From: Oxalobacter sp.
Lineage (GTDB): Bacteria; Pseudomonadota; Gammaproteobacteria; Burkholderiales; Burkholderiaceae_D
Direction: 5' to 3'
DNA: 64,000 nt
Assembly: GCA_003605115.1 (NCBI GenBank)
Contig: QZKY01000016.1
Location: 109,776 to 173,775, forward strand
The position numbers and the translations under genes were made by a program. Positions 1-10,273 of this stretch are shown piece by piece. The notes beneath the pieces are model-generated. The model was not told the DNA's origin. It did no database searches and was given only the letters and a program-made list of their open reading frames with translations. Each line of letters opens with the position of its first letter. The stretch's first letter is position 1.

Positions 1-1
1 G

Positions 2-361
2 GAGTTGGCGCGCATCGCCCTTGCGATATCCGTCATTGCTTCCAGTGCGACGACAACGCCCACGCTCATCTTCGATGAAGTGGACAGCGGCATTGGCGGC
101 GGCGTGGCTGAAGTGGTCGGGCGTTTGCTCAAGCGTCTGGGCGACGCACGTCAAGTCTTGTGCGTCACGCATTTGCCGCAAGTGGCCAGTCAGGCTGCGC
201 AGCACTTTCAGGTCTCCAAAAAGGAGAAAAGCGGCAAGCCGGTTTCACGCATCGATTTGCTGGATACGTCAGAGCGTATAGAAGAAATCGCACGCATGCT
301 GGGTGGATTGGAAATTACGGCGACCACGCGCAAGCATGCGAAAGAGATGTTGGCAATTTGA
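2..361 (+). CDS. recN: DNA repair protein RecN, C-terminal fragment (5' end outside window)
   Basis: The frame is open to the window edge. ELARIALAIS...LIFDEVDSGIGGGVA...VLCVTHLPQVA matches the RecN/SMC signature plus Walker B/D-loop region. Confidence 0.85.
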   Translation, partial: ELARIALAISVIASSATTTPTLIFDEVDSGIGGGVAEVVGRLLKRLGDARQVLCVTHLPQVASQAAQHFQVSKKEKSGKPVSRIDLLDTSERIEEIARMLGGLEITATTRKHAKEMLAI

Positions 362-491
362 GTATCACTTGAAGTCTTTTGTGCAGAAACACCACTTTTT
401 TTCTGAATGATGCGTTTCTTCGGCAGACTTATTTGCGTTGCGCTTAGGAACTAGGCAAAATTCTGTAATAGCTTCCCAACTTTTGGTTTTC

Positions 492-1571
492 ATGTCTATC
501 CATCCTGAATCGTCACCCGTACCACACGACTTTCCCAAGATTGCTCTCGTGCTGATGAATATGGGTACGCCTGATGCGCCCACGATAGCGGCTGCGCGTC
601 GCTTTTTGAAACGATCCTTGAAAGATGCGCGTATTGTGGAAGGTTCTTTCGGGGAGCGATGGCTGTCTCGCAACTTTTTTGTGTTGCTCTACCGCTCAAT
701 AAAATTGGCCAAACGTTACGCGGCCATTTGGAAACGTGATGGCTCGCCTTTATTGGCGCATACAGAAAAGCAGGCCAAAAAACTGGCGCGTCGCTTGGAG
801 GCGCGTGAACATGATGTGCATGTGGTGCACACCATGCGTTACGGCGCACCACAGATCAAGCAAACCTTGACACAGTTGAGCCAGGAAGGCTACGAGCGCA
901 TCCTGATTTTGCCTGTGTACCCGCAGTATTCCGATGCAACGACGGGGGCCGCACTGGATGCTGTCGCAGAGCATGTCATCGGCGGGCGCAACATGCCCGA
1001 ACTGCGGTTTGTCCGGGATTTTCACGATCACGAAGCGTATATCGGCGCACTGGTTGAGTTGGTGCGTACTTACTGGGAAACGAATGGGCGGCCGGATAAG
1101 TTACTGATGAGTTTTCGCGGCATTCAGATGGATCGCGCTGAACGGGGTACGGCTTACCTCGATCGGTGTCGGCGCACGGCGACAATGCTGGCCGAGCGCT
1201 TGGGTCTGGTGGAGGGGCAGTATGAGTCGGCTTTCCAGTCTTGCCTTGGTCCTGGCGAATGGATGGCGCCACACACGACGGTAGCCATGGAAAAATTGGC
1301 CAAAGAAGGTGTCAGCAGGGTGGATGTGGTGTTTCCGGGCTTTGTTGCGGATTGTCTTGAAACACTTGGTGAAATTGACATCGATGCGCGTCAAAAATTT
1401 TTAAATGCGGGTGGGAAAGATCTTCGTGTGCTCCCCTGTTTGAACGATTCGGAGCCTTGGTTGCGCGCCTTGACTGAAATTGCAGAGCAGCACTTGCTGG
1501 GTTGGCCGACCATGCAAAAGAGCTCCGAAGTCGGTCAACCCAGCAGTAGCCGGCGGGTCACTTGGCGATGA
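492..1571 (+). CDS. hemH: ferrochelatase
   Basis: ORF 438..1571; ATG 492 chosen (MSIHPE...). KIALVLMNMGTPDAP, ILILPVYPQYSDATTGA and FPGFVADCLETLGEI are typical ferrochelatase blocks. Confidence 0.85.
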   Translation: MSIHPESSPVPHDFPKIALVLMNMGTPDAPTIAAARRFLKRSLKDARIVEGSFGERWLSRNFFVLLYRSIKLAKRYAAIWKRDGSPLLAHTEKQAKKLARRLEAREHDVHVVHTMRYGAPQIKQTLTQLSQEGYERILILPVYPQYSDATTGAALDAVAEHVIGGRNMPELRFVRDFHDHEAYIGALVELVRTYWETNGRPDKLLMSFRGIQMDRAERGTAYLDRCRRTATMLAERLGLVEGQYESAFQSCLGPGEWMAPHTTVAMEKLAKEGVSRVDVVFPGFVADCLETLGEIDIDARQKFLNAGGKDLRVLPCLNDSEPWLRALTEIAEQHLLGWPTMQKSSEVGQPSSSRRVTWR

Positions 1572-1653
1572 TGCCTGCGTGACTGATCCAAGCAGTTGCC
1601 AGCAGCACATAGGCAATGAGGCTTGCGATAATGAGTTGAAGTTTCCGGGTCAT
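1558..1653 (-). CDS. candidate 31-aa hydrophobic small protein (MTRKLQLIIASLIAYVLLATAWISHAGIIAK)
   Basis: Not in the ORF track because it is under 60 aa. ATG at 1653 is preceded by GGGAGGTAATC, a strong SD with 5-nt spacing. It has one predicted TM helix. The TGA at 1560-1558 overlaps the hemH 3' end convergently. Confidence 0.35.
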   Translation of the reverse strand: MTRKLQLIIASLIAYVLLATAWISHAGIIAK

Positions 1654-1782
1654 GATTACCTCCCTGTAGAGAACATCATGACTTCATCCTATGCGTTTTC
1701 CCCAAAAAAGCCAGTTTAAGCCGTGTAAGTTTTGTAACAAAAATTAACTGGCTTGAAAAATCTGAGTTTTCCAGTGCATACG

Positions 1783-1811
1783 CCTTGAAATCCGGCTCGC
1801 CATCCCCATGT
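1783..1811 (+). promoter_or_regulatory. sigma-32 (RpoH) heat-shock promoter of grpE
   Basis: CCTTGAAA (1783-1790), a 13-nt spacer, then CCCCATGT (1804-1811). This matches the CTTGAAA-N13-15-CCCCATnT consensus and lies 34 nt upstream of the grpE ATG. Confidence 0.6.
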
Positions 1812-1844
1812 ACCCTCAATTGATGGAAAATCTGGAGAAATCTG

Positions 1845-2426
1845 ATGCAAGAGCAGGAAAAACAGGCTGATCAGTTTGAAAATCAGCAAGCGGCTCAACA
1901 AGAGAGTCAACCGGAGAGTCAATCCGAAAATCAGGTAGAGAACCTGACCGAACCGCCTTCGGCAGAACAGATATTGGCTGAAAAACTGACGCAAGCCGAA
2001 GCCAAAGCGGCGGAGTTGCAAGATGCTTTCCTGAGAGCCAAAGCGGAAGCTGAGAATACGCGCCGCCGCGCTCAGGATGACATCACCAAGGCGCACAAGT
2101 TTGCGGTGGAGAGTTTTGCCAGCGCCATGTTGGGTGTGAAGGACAGTCTGGAGATGGCGCTGAAAGTGGAAGTGCCCTCGGTGGAGTCGCTAAAGGAGGG
2201 GGTTGAGATGACATTGAAGCAACTTTCTTCAGCTTTTGAAAAGAACCGTCTGATGGAAATCATCCCGCAGATCGGCGAACCCCTGGATCCGATGAAACAT
2301 CAGGCGATTTCGATGGTTCCTGCGGAGCAAGAACCGAATACGGTAGTGGAAGTGCTGCAAAAAGGTTACATGATTGCGGATCGTCTGTTGCGTCCAGCGA
2401 TTGTGACGGTGGCAGCCCCGAAATAG
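1845..2426 (+). CDS. grpE: nucleotide exchange factor GrpE
   Basis: Acidic/Q-rich N-terminus, a coiled-coil segment ([17 protein letters not shown]) and a C-terminal beta domain ([20 protein letters not shown]). It is positioned upstream of dnaK. Confidence 0.9.
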   Translation: MQEQEKQADQFENQQAAQQESQPESQSENQVENLTEPPSAEQILAEKLTQAEAKAAELQDAFLRAKAEAENTRRRAQDDITKAHKFAVESFASAMLGVKDSLEMALKVEVPSVESLKEGVEMTLKQLSSAFEKNRLMEIIPQIGEPLDPMKHQAISMVPAEQEPNTVVEVLQKGYMIADRLLRPAIVTVAAPK

Positions 2427-2434
2427 CAAAGCAT

Positions 2435-2462
2435 CTTGAAACAAAAGAATTAAACGCAATAT
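2435..2462 (+). promoter_or_regulatory. possible weak sigma-32-type promoter of dnaK
   Basis: CTTGAAA (2435-2441), 13 nt, then CGCAATAT. The -10 element matches CCCCATnT at only 5 of 8 positions. Confidence 0.3.
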
Positions 2463-2555
2463 AGAAAATAACCCACCCGGTCTCAAATCGGGTCACAACA
2501 GTACTAACTTAGATGGTTGCGGGACGCTGTCCTCAACATTACGAAAGGAAACAAC

Positions 2556-4499
2556 ATGGCAAAAATTATCGGTATCGATCTGGGCACGACGAACTCCTGT
2601 GTCTCGATTATCGAGAACGGGCAGCCCAAGGTGATCGAAAATTCCGAAGGCACGCGCACTACGCCCTCGATCATCGCGTATCAAGAAAATGGCGAGATTC
2701 TGGTTGGCGCACCTGCGAAGCGCCAAGCCGTGACCAATCCGAAGAATACGCTCTACGCGGTCAAGCGCCTGATTGGACGCAAGTTTGACGAAAAGGAAGT
2801 GCAAAAGGACATCAGCCTGATGCCGTTCGCCATCGTCAAGGCAGACAATGGCGATGCCTGGGTGTCGGCACTCGATAAAAAAATGGCGCCACCGCAAATT
2901 TCTGCGGAAGTGCTGCGCAAGATGAAAAAGACCGCTGAAGATTATCTCGGCGAAGAAGTGACGGAAGCAGTGATCACGGTTCCAGCGTACTTCAACGATG
3001 CACAACGTCAAGCCACCAAAGACGCTGGCCGGATTGCTGGCCTGGACGTGAAGCGCATCATCAACGAACCGACGGCGGCGGCACTCGCATTCGGCCTGGA
3101 CAAGACCGACAAGCGTGATCGCAAGATTGCAGTGTACGACTTGGGCGGCGGCACCTTCGACGTGTCGATCATCGAAATCGCCGATGTAGATGGCGAGAAG
3201 CAATTCGAAGTGCTTTCCACCAACGGCGACACTTTCCTGGGCGGGGAAGATTTCGATCAGCGCCTGATCGATCACATCATTGACGAATTCCGCAAGATCA
3301 ACGGCCTCGATCTGAAGAAAGATCCGATTGCGCTGCAACGCATCAAGGCATCGGCCGAGCGCGCCAAGATTGAGCTGTCATCCGCGCAGCAAACTGAAAT
3401 CAACGAGCCGTACATCGCAATGGCGAATGGCGCGCCGGTGCATTTGAACTTGCGTATCACACGCGCCAAGTTTGAATCGCTGGTGGAAGATTTGATCGAC
3501 AAAACCATCGAACCTTGCCGCGTTGCCTTGAAGGATGCCGGTTTGAAAGGCGCTGACATCGACGACATCATTCTCGTCGGCGGCATGACGCGCATGCCCA
3601 AGGTGCAGGAAAAGGTCAAGGAATTCTTTGGCAAGGAGCCGCGCAAGGACGTGAATCCGGATGAAGCGGTGGCTGTGGGAGCCGCGATCCAGGGTTCGGT
3701 ATTGTCCGGTGATCGCAAGGATTTGCTCTTGCTCGACGTGACGCCGCTGTCGCTGGGCATCGAAACGCTCGGCGGCGTGATGACCAAGATGATCCAGAAA
3801 AACACTACGATTCCGACGAAGTTCAGCCAAGTGTTTTCAACGGCGGATGATAACCAGCCTGCGGTGACCATCAAGGTTTATCAAGGCGAACGCGAAATGG
3901 CGGTCGGCAACAAGGCGCTGGGCGAATTTAACCTGGAAGGCATTCCGCCGGCAGCGCGTGGCACCCCGCAAATCGAAGTGACTTTCGACATCGATGCAAA
4001 CGGTATCCTGCACGTGAGCGCGAAGGACAAGGCCACCGGCAAAGAAAACAAGATCACCATCAAGGCCAATTCCGGTTTGACGGAAGAGGAAATTCAACGC
4101 ATGGTGAAGGATGCTGAATTGAATGCGGCAGAGGATCATCGCTTGAAGGAACTGGCCGATGCGCGCAACCAGGGCGACGCGCTCCTGCACAGCACGAAGA
4201 AATCGCTCGGCGAATATGGCGACAAGCTGGAAGCAGGCGAGAAAGAGGCGATCGAATCTGCGATCAAGGATCTTGAAGCCGTGTTGAAGGACAATACCGC
4301 TGACAAAGCTGCGATTGATGCGAAAGCGGAAGTGCTGGCAAATGCATCGATGAAACTGGGCGAAAAAATGTACGCCGACATGCAGGCCAAGCAGCAGGCA
4401 GCAGAGGGCGCACCGGAAGGTGGTGCATCGGCATCAGACGCCAAGCCAGGCGATGATAATGTTGTTGATGCTGACTTCAAGGAAGTGAAAGACAAGTAA
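2556..4499 (+). CDS. dnaK: molecular chaperone DnaK (Hsp70)
   Basis: [28 protein letters not shown] and [11 protein letters not shown] are Hsp70 signatures. ATG 2556 is preceded by AAAGGAA. The upstream extension in the track ORF (2517) was rejected. Confidence 0.97.
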   Translation: MAKIIGIDLGTTNSCVSIIENGQPKVIENSEGTRTTPSIIAYQENGEILVGAPAKRQAVTNPKNTLYAVKRLIGRKFDEKEVQKDISLMPFAIVKADNGDAWVSALDKKMAPPQISAEVLRKMKKTAEDYLGEEVTEAVITVPAYFNDAQRQATKDAGRIAGLDVKRIINEPTAAALAFGLDKTDKRDRKIAVYDLGGGTFDVSIIEIADVDGEKQFEVLSTNGDTFLGGEDFDQRLIDHIIDEFRKINGLDLKKDPIALQRIKASAERAKIELSSAQQTEINEPYIAMANGAPVHLNLRITRAKFESLVEDLIDKTIEPCRVALKDAGLKGADIDDIILVGGMTRMPKVQEKVKEFFGKEPRKDVNPDEAVAVGAAIQGSVLSGDRKDLLLLDVTPLSLGIETLGGVMTKMIQKNTTIPTKFSQVFSTADDNQPAVTIKVYQGEREMAVGNKALGEFNLEGIPPAARGTPQIEVTFDIDANGILHVSAKDKATGKENKITIKANSGLTEEEIQRMVKDAELNAAEDHRLKELADARNQGDALLHSTKKSLGEYGDKLEAGEKEAIESAIKDLEAVLKDNTADKAAIDAKAEVLANASMKLGEKMYADMQAKQQAAEGAPEGGASASDAKPGDDNVVDADFKEVKDK

Positions 4500-4513
4500 G
4501 CAAATGTTGTATC

Positions 4514-4576
4514 GAAAAATTCGGGGTCAGAGTCGAAGTATCGCAAGCGATATTCGACTGCCGACCCCGGTTTTTC
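4514..4576. repeat. REP-like palindromic element, family 1
   Basis: GAAAAATTCGGGGTCAGAGTCGAA...TTCGACTGCCGACCCCGGTTTTTC. The GC-rich arms are flanked by an A-run and a T-run. The same architecture recurs at at least 8 other intergenic sites in the window. Confidence 0.7.
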
Positions 4577-4592
4577 GAAAACAGAATTATTG

Positions 4593-4633
4593 CCGGGTTG
4601 ATGTGATTGCGGTGCAATCACAACCCGGTTTTG
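4593..4633 (+). terminator. stem-loop plus T-run between dnaK and dnaJ (partial terminator/attenuator)
   Basis: CCGGGT..TGTGATTGC-GGT-GCAATCACA-ACCCGG followed by TTTTG. Confidence 0.45.
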
Positions 4634-4656
4634 CACGTAGTTAACCGGTACAGAAA

Positions 4657-5799
4657 ATGGCATCAAAGCGCGATTATTACGAAACCCTGGGCGTGGCAAA
4701 AAACGCTTCAGAGGATGAGATCAAAAAAGCTTATCGCAAGATGGCGATGAAGTTTCACCCTGATCGCAATCCGGACAGCAAAGTGGCTGAGGCAAAGTTC
4801 AAGGAAGCCAAAGAAGCTTACGAAATGTTGTCCGACACGCAGAAGCGCGAGGCCTATGACCGTTATGGTCATGCGGGCGTCGATCCAAACATGAATATGG
4901 GTGGCGCTGCGGGCGGCTTCTATGGCGGAGGCGGTTTTGCGGACGCATTCGGCGACATTTTCGGCGACATCTTTGGCGGTGGACGCGGACGCAGCGGTGG
5001 TCCGCAAATGTACCGTGGTGCGGATTTGCGTTATAACCTGGAAATTTCGCTGGAACAGGCAGCGAATGGATTTGACACCACGATTCGTGTGCCGTCCTGG
5101 GAAGCCTGCGATACTTGCGGTGGCTCCGGCGCAAAACCGGGTACGTCGCCAACGACTTGCGCAACCTGCGGCGGACATGGCCAGGTGCGCATGCAGCAAG
5201 GTTTCTTCAGCATCCAGCAGACTTGTCCGAAATGCCAGGGTAAGGGAAAAATCATTTCCGATCCTTGCGCATCATGCAGCGGTGTGGGACGCATCAAGCG
5301 TAACAAGACGCTCGAAGTAAAAATCCCTGCGGGGATCGATGATGGCATGCGTATTCGCTCCTCCGGCAATGGTGAGCCGGGTCAGAATGGTGGGCCGCCC
5401 GGAGATTTGTACGTTGAAGTGCATATCAAGCCACATCCGATTTTCCAGCGCGAAGGAGATGATCTGCATTGCGAAATGCCGCTGTCTTTTGCAAAAGCGG
5501 CATTGGGTGGCGACGTCGAAGTGGAAACCTTGGGCGGCAAGGTCTCGTTCACGGTGCCCGAAGGTACGCAGACGGGGAAAGTTTTCCGTGTGCGCGGCAA
5601 GGGGATCAAAGGCGTGCGTTCCGGGCATACGGGCGATTTGTTCTGCCATGTCATCGTGCAGACCCCCATCAAGCTGACGGACAAACAAAAAGAATTGCTG
5701 AATGAACTGGAAAAATTGCTGATCGCAGGCGGCGATCGGCACAATCCGCAAAGCGAAAGCAAATCCTGGAAGAACCGCGTCAAAGAGTTTTTTGAATAA
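4657..5799 (+). CDS. dnaJ: molecular chaperone DnaJ (Hsp40)
   Basis: J domain with HPD (KFHPDRNP), a G/F-rich linker and four CxxCxGxG zinc-finger repeats. Confidence 0.95.
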   Translation: MASKRDYYETLGVAKNASEDEIKKAYRKMAMKFHPDRNPDSKVAEAKFKEAKEAYEMLSDTQKREAYDRYGHAGVDPNMNMGGAAGGFYGGGGFADAFGDIFGDIFGGGRGRSGGPQMYRGADLRYNLEISLEQAANGFDTTIRVPSWEACDTCGGSGAKPGTSPTTCATCGGHGQVRMQQGFFSIQQTCPKCQGKGKIISDPCASCSGVGRIKRNKTLEVKIPAGIDDGMRIRSSGNGEPGQNGGPPGDLYVEVHIKPHPIFQREGDDLHCEMPLSFAKAALGGDVEVETLGGKVSFTVPEGTQTGKVFRVRGKGIKGVRSGHTGDLFCHVIVQTPIKLTDKQKELLNELEKLLIAGGDRHNPQSESKSWKNRVKEFFE

Positions 5800-5814
5800 G
5801 CAGAACCGACAGTT

Positions 5815-7002
5815 TTAATTCGCAACGATACGGTTCCGACCTTGATGTTTCGCGTCATACAGCCCTTTGTCCGCGCGCGGCATCAAATCGTAAATGCTTT
5901 TGTCTTCGCTGGAAAGTTCGGTGACGCCAAAACTGGCCGTGCAGGGGATTTCCTGATTATTCTCAAATCGCATGGGCGTGGACGCCAAGGATTCGCGTAG
6001 CCGTTCTGCAATGAGCGCGGCATCGGCGAGTTTTGTTTCAGGCATCAGAATCGCGAATTCTTCTCCACCAATGCGACAGACGATGTCGTGACCACGCACC
6101 TTTTCCACCAGCATTTGCCCCAGTGTGCTAATGACGGCATCTCCGTACTGGTGGCCATGACTGTCGTTGATTTTCTTGAAGTGATCGACATCGAGCATGA
6201 TCAGTGACAGCGGGCGGCTGTAGCGGTGTGCCCGATCAATTTCACGTTCAGCCGTTTCAAGGAAATGACGTCGGTTGCCGGTGCCGCTCAATACATCGGT
6301 TGAGGCAAGTATTTCGAGTTTTTCTTGATGCGATTCAAGTTCTTCTCGAAGAATCTGACTCGTCATCATGATCAGGAAGAATGCCAGCGCAACTGAACTG
6401 ACGACACCCTCGACAAATGCCAGCTTGTGAACCCAGCCAGCGGTCAGTAAGTCATGGATTTGCCCAGATTGGAGGGTGACAGTGATGCGTATGGCTGCAT
6501 ACGCAATGTGAATCACACAGACGCCGCAGCCAGCAAGAAATACCCCTCTATTTTTTTGGCGGCGGCTTTGACGAAAAAATTCCTGTGCGCACATTGCTGC
6601 GCACATGCTGTTGAAGACGCAAAAAATGATCACACGAGCCGTAAGGCTGGGGGCGATCTGGAGGAAATAAAAAACGAAACATAAATTGATGCCAAGCAGT
6701 GCGGCAGCAGAGAGCCTGCCATCCTGCGTTTTATCCACGAATCGTCGCATGCCGATCCAGATGGCTAGCCAGAAACCGTTCAATAAAATATTTGGAACGA
6801 TGACTGATAACCAGGCAGGAATGAAGGGGCGCAGTCCGATGAGAACCACGCCGATTGCAGCCATGATAAAACCTGTCGCCCAACTTGCAACACCAGGTTG
6901 CCTTTTTTGAATCCGCCAGTTCAACAGCATCAGGATTGCCATCGCAATACCCATGACCATCCCCATGAAGGCGATGGTGGTGATGTTGAGCGCGTTGATC
7001 AT
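5815..7002 (-). CDS. membrane-anchored diguanylate cyclase (GGDEF)
   Basis: Multi-TM N-terminal half. The C-terminal GGDEF domain has active site RIGGEEFAILM and an RxxD I-site (RGHD) 5 residues upstream. Confidence 0.85.
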   Translation of the reverse strand: MINALNITTIAFMGMVMGIAMAILMLLNWRIQKRQPGVASWATGFIMAAIGVVLIGLRPFIPAWLSVIVPNILLNGFWLAIWIGMRRFVDKTQDGRLSAAALLGINLCFVFYFLQIAPSLTARVIIFCVFNSMCAAMCAQEFFRQSRRQKNRGVFLAGCGVCVIHIAYAAIRITVTLQSGQIHDLLTAGWVHKLAFVEGVVSSVALAFFLIMMTSQILREELESHQEKLEILASTDVLSGTGNRRHFLETAEREIDRAHRYSRPLSLIMLDVDHFKKINDSHGHQYGDAVISTLGQMLVEKVRGHDIVCRIGGEEFAILMPETKLADAALIAERLRESLASTPMRFENNQEIPCTASFGVTELSSEDKSIYDLMPRADKGLYDAKHQGRNRIVAN

Positions 7003-7113
7003 GCGAATGGGGTTTTGTTTTGAGAGAGTAGTCTGTGTTACTGGCGCACGATGACAAGAAAGTTATTTTCAGAACCTTGGAGGGGTTGGGTTGATTTGCT
7101 TGGTTCGGTGTTC

Positions 7114-7926
7114 TTAAAAGCAGTGCTCCTGCGCCGGGAAAGTTTTATTCTTGACTGCGGCGACATAAGCGCTGAACGCCTCTTCGATGCTGCCTGCGCC
7201 TTCCATGAAATTTTTCACGAAGCGCGCTTTGCGACCCGGAAAAACATTCAGCATGTCATGCATCACCAGCACCTGGCCTGAACAATCGGGACCTGCGCCA
7301 ATGCCGATTGTCGGAATGGTGAGCATGTCCGTCACATCTTTGGCCAGTGAAGCGGGAATGGTTTCCAACACCAAGGCTGACGCGCCAGCGTGTTGTAAAG
7401 CAAGGGCATCCGCGATCAATTGATTGGCAGATTCGGCTGTTTTACCTTGTACTTTATAACCGCCGAACATATGAACAGACTGCGGCGTCAGCCCCAGGTG
7501 CGCACATACGGGTACGGCGCGCTGGGTTAAAAAATGAACGGTCTCGGCCAGCCAGTGTCCACCCTCAATTTTGACCATTTGCGCACCCGCCCGCATGAGT
7601 ACGACGGCATTGTTGAATGCGGTTTCCGGTGTAGCAAAACTGCCGAAGGGCATATCGGCCACGATCAGTGCGGTTTGATTGCCGCGTGCAACACAGGCGG
7701 TATGGTAAGCAATATCGGCAACGGTGACGGGGAGCGTGGAATCGTGTCCCTGGCTGACCATGCCCAGCGAATCACCAATCAGCAGGGATTCCACACCGGC
7801 ACGATCCATGAGCGCCGCAAAACTCGCGTCGTAGCAAGTCAGCATCGTAATTTTTTCGCTGTTCCTGCGCATTGCCATCAATCCCGGTACGGTGACGGCT
7901 TTGCGCTCTTGCAGGTAGGTTGCCAT
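7114..7926 (-). CDS. panB: 3-methyl-2-oxobutanoate hydroxymethyltransferase
   Basis: [23 protein letters not shown] and VKIEGG are PanB blocks. Confidence 0.9.
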   Translation of the reverse strand: MATYLQERKAVTVPGLMAMRRNSEKITMLTCYDASFAALMDRAGVESLLIGDSLGMVSQGHDSTLPVTVADIAYHTACVARGNQTALIVADMPFGSFATPETAFNNAVVLMRAGAQMVKIEGGHWLAETVHFLTQRAVPVCAHLGLTPQSVHMFGGYKVQGKTAESANQLIADALALQHAGASALVLETIPASLAKDVTDMLTIPTIGIGAGPDCSGQVLVMHDMLNVFPGRKARFVKNFMEGAGSIEEAFSAYVAAVKNKTFPAQEHCF

Positions 7927-7944
7927 GAGAAACTCTCCAGAAAA

Positions 7945-8295
7945 TTATTGTGTACGGAAGATGAAATATACCGCACCCATCAGACACAATGCCGCCCAGA
8001 CATAATCCAGTTTGAAGGGCTCCTTCATGTAAAACATGGCAAACGGCACGAATATCGTCAGTGTAATGGCTTCTTGCAGGATTTTCAGTTGCGCCAAACT
8101 GTAATGATTGTAGCCGATACGGTTGGCCGGCACCTGCAGCAGGTATTCAAACAGGGCGATTCCCCAGCTGATGATCGCCGCTACGTACCAGGTTTTGCTC
8201 GACAGATTTTTTAAATGGCCATACCAAGCGACCGTCATGAAAATGTTGGATAAAACGAGCAAGCCAGTAGTTTGGACGATGGCAGGAATTTGCAT
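7945..8295 (-). CDS. small DMT-superfamily membrane protein (DUF486-like)
   Basis: 116 aa with 4 predicted TM helices. The sequence resembles the conserved small DMT/DUF486 family. Confidence 0.65.
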   Translation of the reverse strand: MQIPAIVQTTGLLVLSNIFMTVAWYGHLKNLSSKTWYVAAIISWGIALFEYLLQVPANRIGYNHYSLAQLKILQEAITLTIFVPFAMFYMKEPFKLDYVWAALCLMGAVYFIFRTQ

Positions 8296-8318
8296 GACGA
8301 CCTCCCGTATGAGTCAGC

Positions 8319-8816
8319 TTAGACCATTATTTTACTGATGGGTTGTCCAGAAACATTCGGCACGAAGCTGTGGGCGAGCCCGGCACCGGGAATCTGGATG
8401 AAAGGGTCAAGCTGTAACAGTGGAATCAGTGCAAACGCGCGCTGCGTGAGGCGCGGGTGTGGAATGACCAGATCCGGCGAAGCAATGCGTTGGGATCCAT
8501 AAAGCAGGATGTCCAGATCCAGCGTGCGTGGCGCATTAACGTATGGGCGCTCACGGCCAAAATCGCTTTCAATGCGCTGCAGCTCGCGAAGCAAATCGTG
8601 CGCGTTGAGTTGAGTCTGCAGTTTGACAACCGTGTTGATAAAATCCTCGCCGCTGGCGTCAATCGGGGTCGTGCGGAACAGGGACGACTGTTGTTCCAGC
8701 GTCGTGTCTGGCAAGGATGCCAGTGCCGCCAGCGCGCGCTTGACGTGCTCGACCGGATTGCCAAGGTTCGAACCAACGCCGATATAGGCTGTGACGGATT
8801 GCGATGCGTTCTTCAT
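8319..8816 (-). CDS. folK: 2-amino-4-hydroxy-6-hydroxymethyldihydropteridine diphosphokinase
   Basis: AYIGVGSNLG, RTLDLDILLYG and IPHPRL motifs. The start overlaps the pcnB stop (ATGA). Confidence 0.9.
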   Translation of the reverse strand: MKNASQSVTAYIGVGSNLGNPVEHVKRALAALASLPDTTLEQQSSLFRTTPIDASGEDFINTVVKLQTQLNAHDLLRELQRIESDFGRERPYVNAPRTLDLDILLYGSQRIASPDLVIPHPRLTQRAFALIPLLQLDPFIQIPGAGLAHSFVPNVSGQPISKIMV

Positions 8817-10273
8817 TCGGAGGAATGTTCGACGTTGCCGTTGTTGTGCTCATTGCTATGGCCATTACCCTGATTATTACCATTCGCCTCGCCCTTTTTG
8901 CGTCCGCGCCCACCGCGACGTGAAGCCCGTTTTTTTGGGGCGCCGGCGGTGTCGGAGGATTTTGGTTTTTTGGCCAGCAAGACTTCACGTGTCGCGTCGT
9001 CGGCCAACAGAAACGCGGCCCACCAGTCAGCAAGCTCGCTATCGATTTCACCGGATTCACAACGCAATTGCATGAAGTCGTAGGCGGCACGAAAGCGCGG
9101 ATGCTCCAGCAGTTTGAAAGGCGCTTTGCCGTTGCGCCGTTCAAATCGTGGTTGCAAAGCCCAGAGTTCCCGCATGTCCGAGGTGATTTTGCGTTGCAGC
9201 GCCAGCTTTTCGGTTTGCGCACTCAATACGTCATCGGCGGCAAGATGCAAGGCAGGGATGGGATATTCACCACTCTCCCGATAGGCAGCCCATTTTTCCA
9301 GCACTTCGTGCCACAAGAGCGCAGCAAACAAAAATCCGGGAGATACCGATTTGCCGATTTTGACACGCAAGTCAGTTTGCGCGAGTGCAAGCGTGACAAA
9401 TTTTTCGCCGAGGGGCTGTTCCAGCACAACATCAAGCAGTGGCAGCAAACCATGATGTAAACCCTGATTCCGCAATTGAAGCAGGCAGGCCATGGAGTCG
9501 CCGCCGAGAAGCAGTTTCAGCATTTCGTCGAAAACGCGCGCAGGGGGCACGTTATCGATGAGTGGCGCCATCAAGGGGATTGGCGTTTGCGATGCCGGGT
9601 CGATCGCAAAATGAAGTTTTGCGGCAAAACGCACCACGCGCAACATGCGGATCGGATCCTCGCGGTAGCGCAGTTCGGGCACACCGATGATGCGCAGGAT
9701 TTTTCGGCGCAAGTCATCAATGCCACCGTGATAATCCAACACGGTTTGCGTGGCAGGGTCGTAATACATGGCGTTGATGGTGAAATCACGGCGCGCGGCA
9801 TCTTCGTGTTGTTCGCCGAACGTGTTGTCACGCAACACGCGACCATGCTCATCCTTCTTGGCGCTATCATCCGATGTGCCACGGAAAGTCGTGACCTCAA
9901 TCACATCTTGCCCAAACATCACATGCACAATCTGAAAACGTCTGCCAATGATGAACGCGCGGCGGAACAGTCTCTTTATCTGCTCCGGCGTGGCGTTGGT
10001 GGCGATGTCAAAATCTTTGGGTTTGATGCCAAGCAGCAGATCGCGTACGGCACCGCCGACGATGAAAGCTTTGAAACCGGCGTCTTGCAGGGTTTGGGTC
10101 ACGCGCAAGGCATTGTTCGTTACCAGCGATGGATCAATGCGATGATCCTGCGCGCCGATGACAGTCGGCTCAGCAACCATGAGCGTTTGCTTGCTCCTTG
10201 GTTTTGCCGAGGGCTTTCCGGCGGGCTTGCCAGAGCGGGGTTGAATCAGCTTGCGGAAAAATCCAGTGATCAT
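8813..10273 (-). CDS. pcnB: poly(A) polymerase I
   Basis: FIVGGAVRDLLLG nucleotidyltransferase motif, RRDFTINAMYY, and a basic C-terminal tail. Confidence 0.9.
   Translation of the reverse strand: MITGFFRKLIQPRSGKPAGKPSAKPRSKQTLMVAEPTVIGAQDHRIDPSLVTNNALRVTQTLQDAGFKAFIVGGAVRDLLLGIKPKDFDIATNATPEQIKRLFRRAFIIGRRFQIVHVMFGQDVIEVTTFRGTSDDSAKKDEHGRVLRDNTFGEQHEDAARRDFTINAMYYDPATQTVLDYHGGIDDLRRKILRIIGVPELRYREDPIRMLRVVRFAAKLHFAIDPASQTPIPLMAPLIDNVPPARVFDEMLKLLLGGDSMACLLQLRNQGLHHGLLPLLDVVLEQPLGEKFVTLALAQTDLRVKIGKSVSPGFLFAALLWHEVLEKWAAYRESGEYPIPALHLAADDVLSAQTEKLALQRKITSDMRELWALQPRFERRNGKAPFKLLEHPRFRAAYDFMQLRCESGEIDSELADWWAAFLLADDATREVLLAKKPKSSDTAGAPKKRASRRGGRGRKKGEANGNNQGNGHSNEHNNGNVEHSSE

Noticed and set aside
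2493-3338. Long antisense ORFs opposite dnaK, and similar ones at 3272..3874, 16536..17675, 20470..21996, 9476..10300 and 25447..26262
   Set aside because: These are shadow ORFs typical of GC-rich DNA. Each lies fully inside a strongly supported gene on the other strand, and their translations are R/H/A-rich with no recognisable domains.
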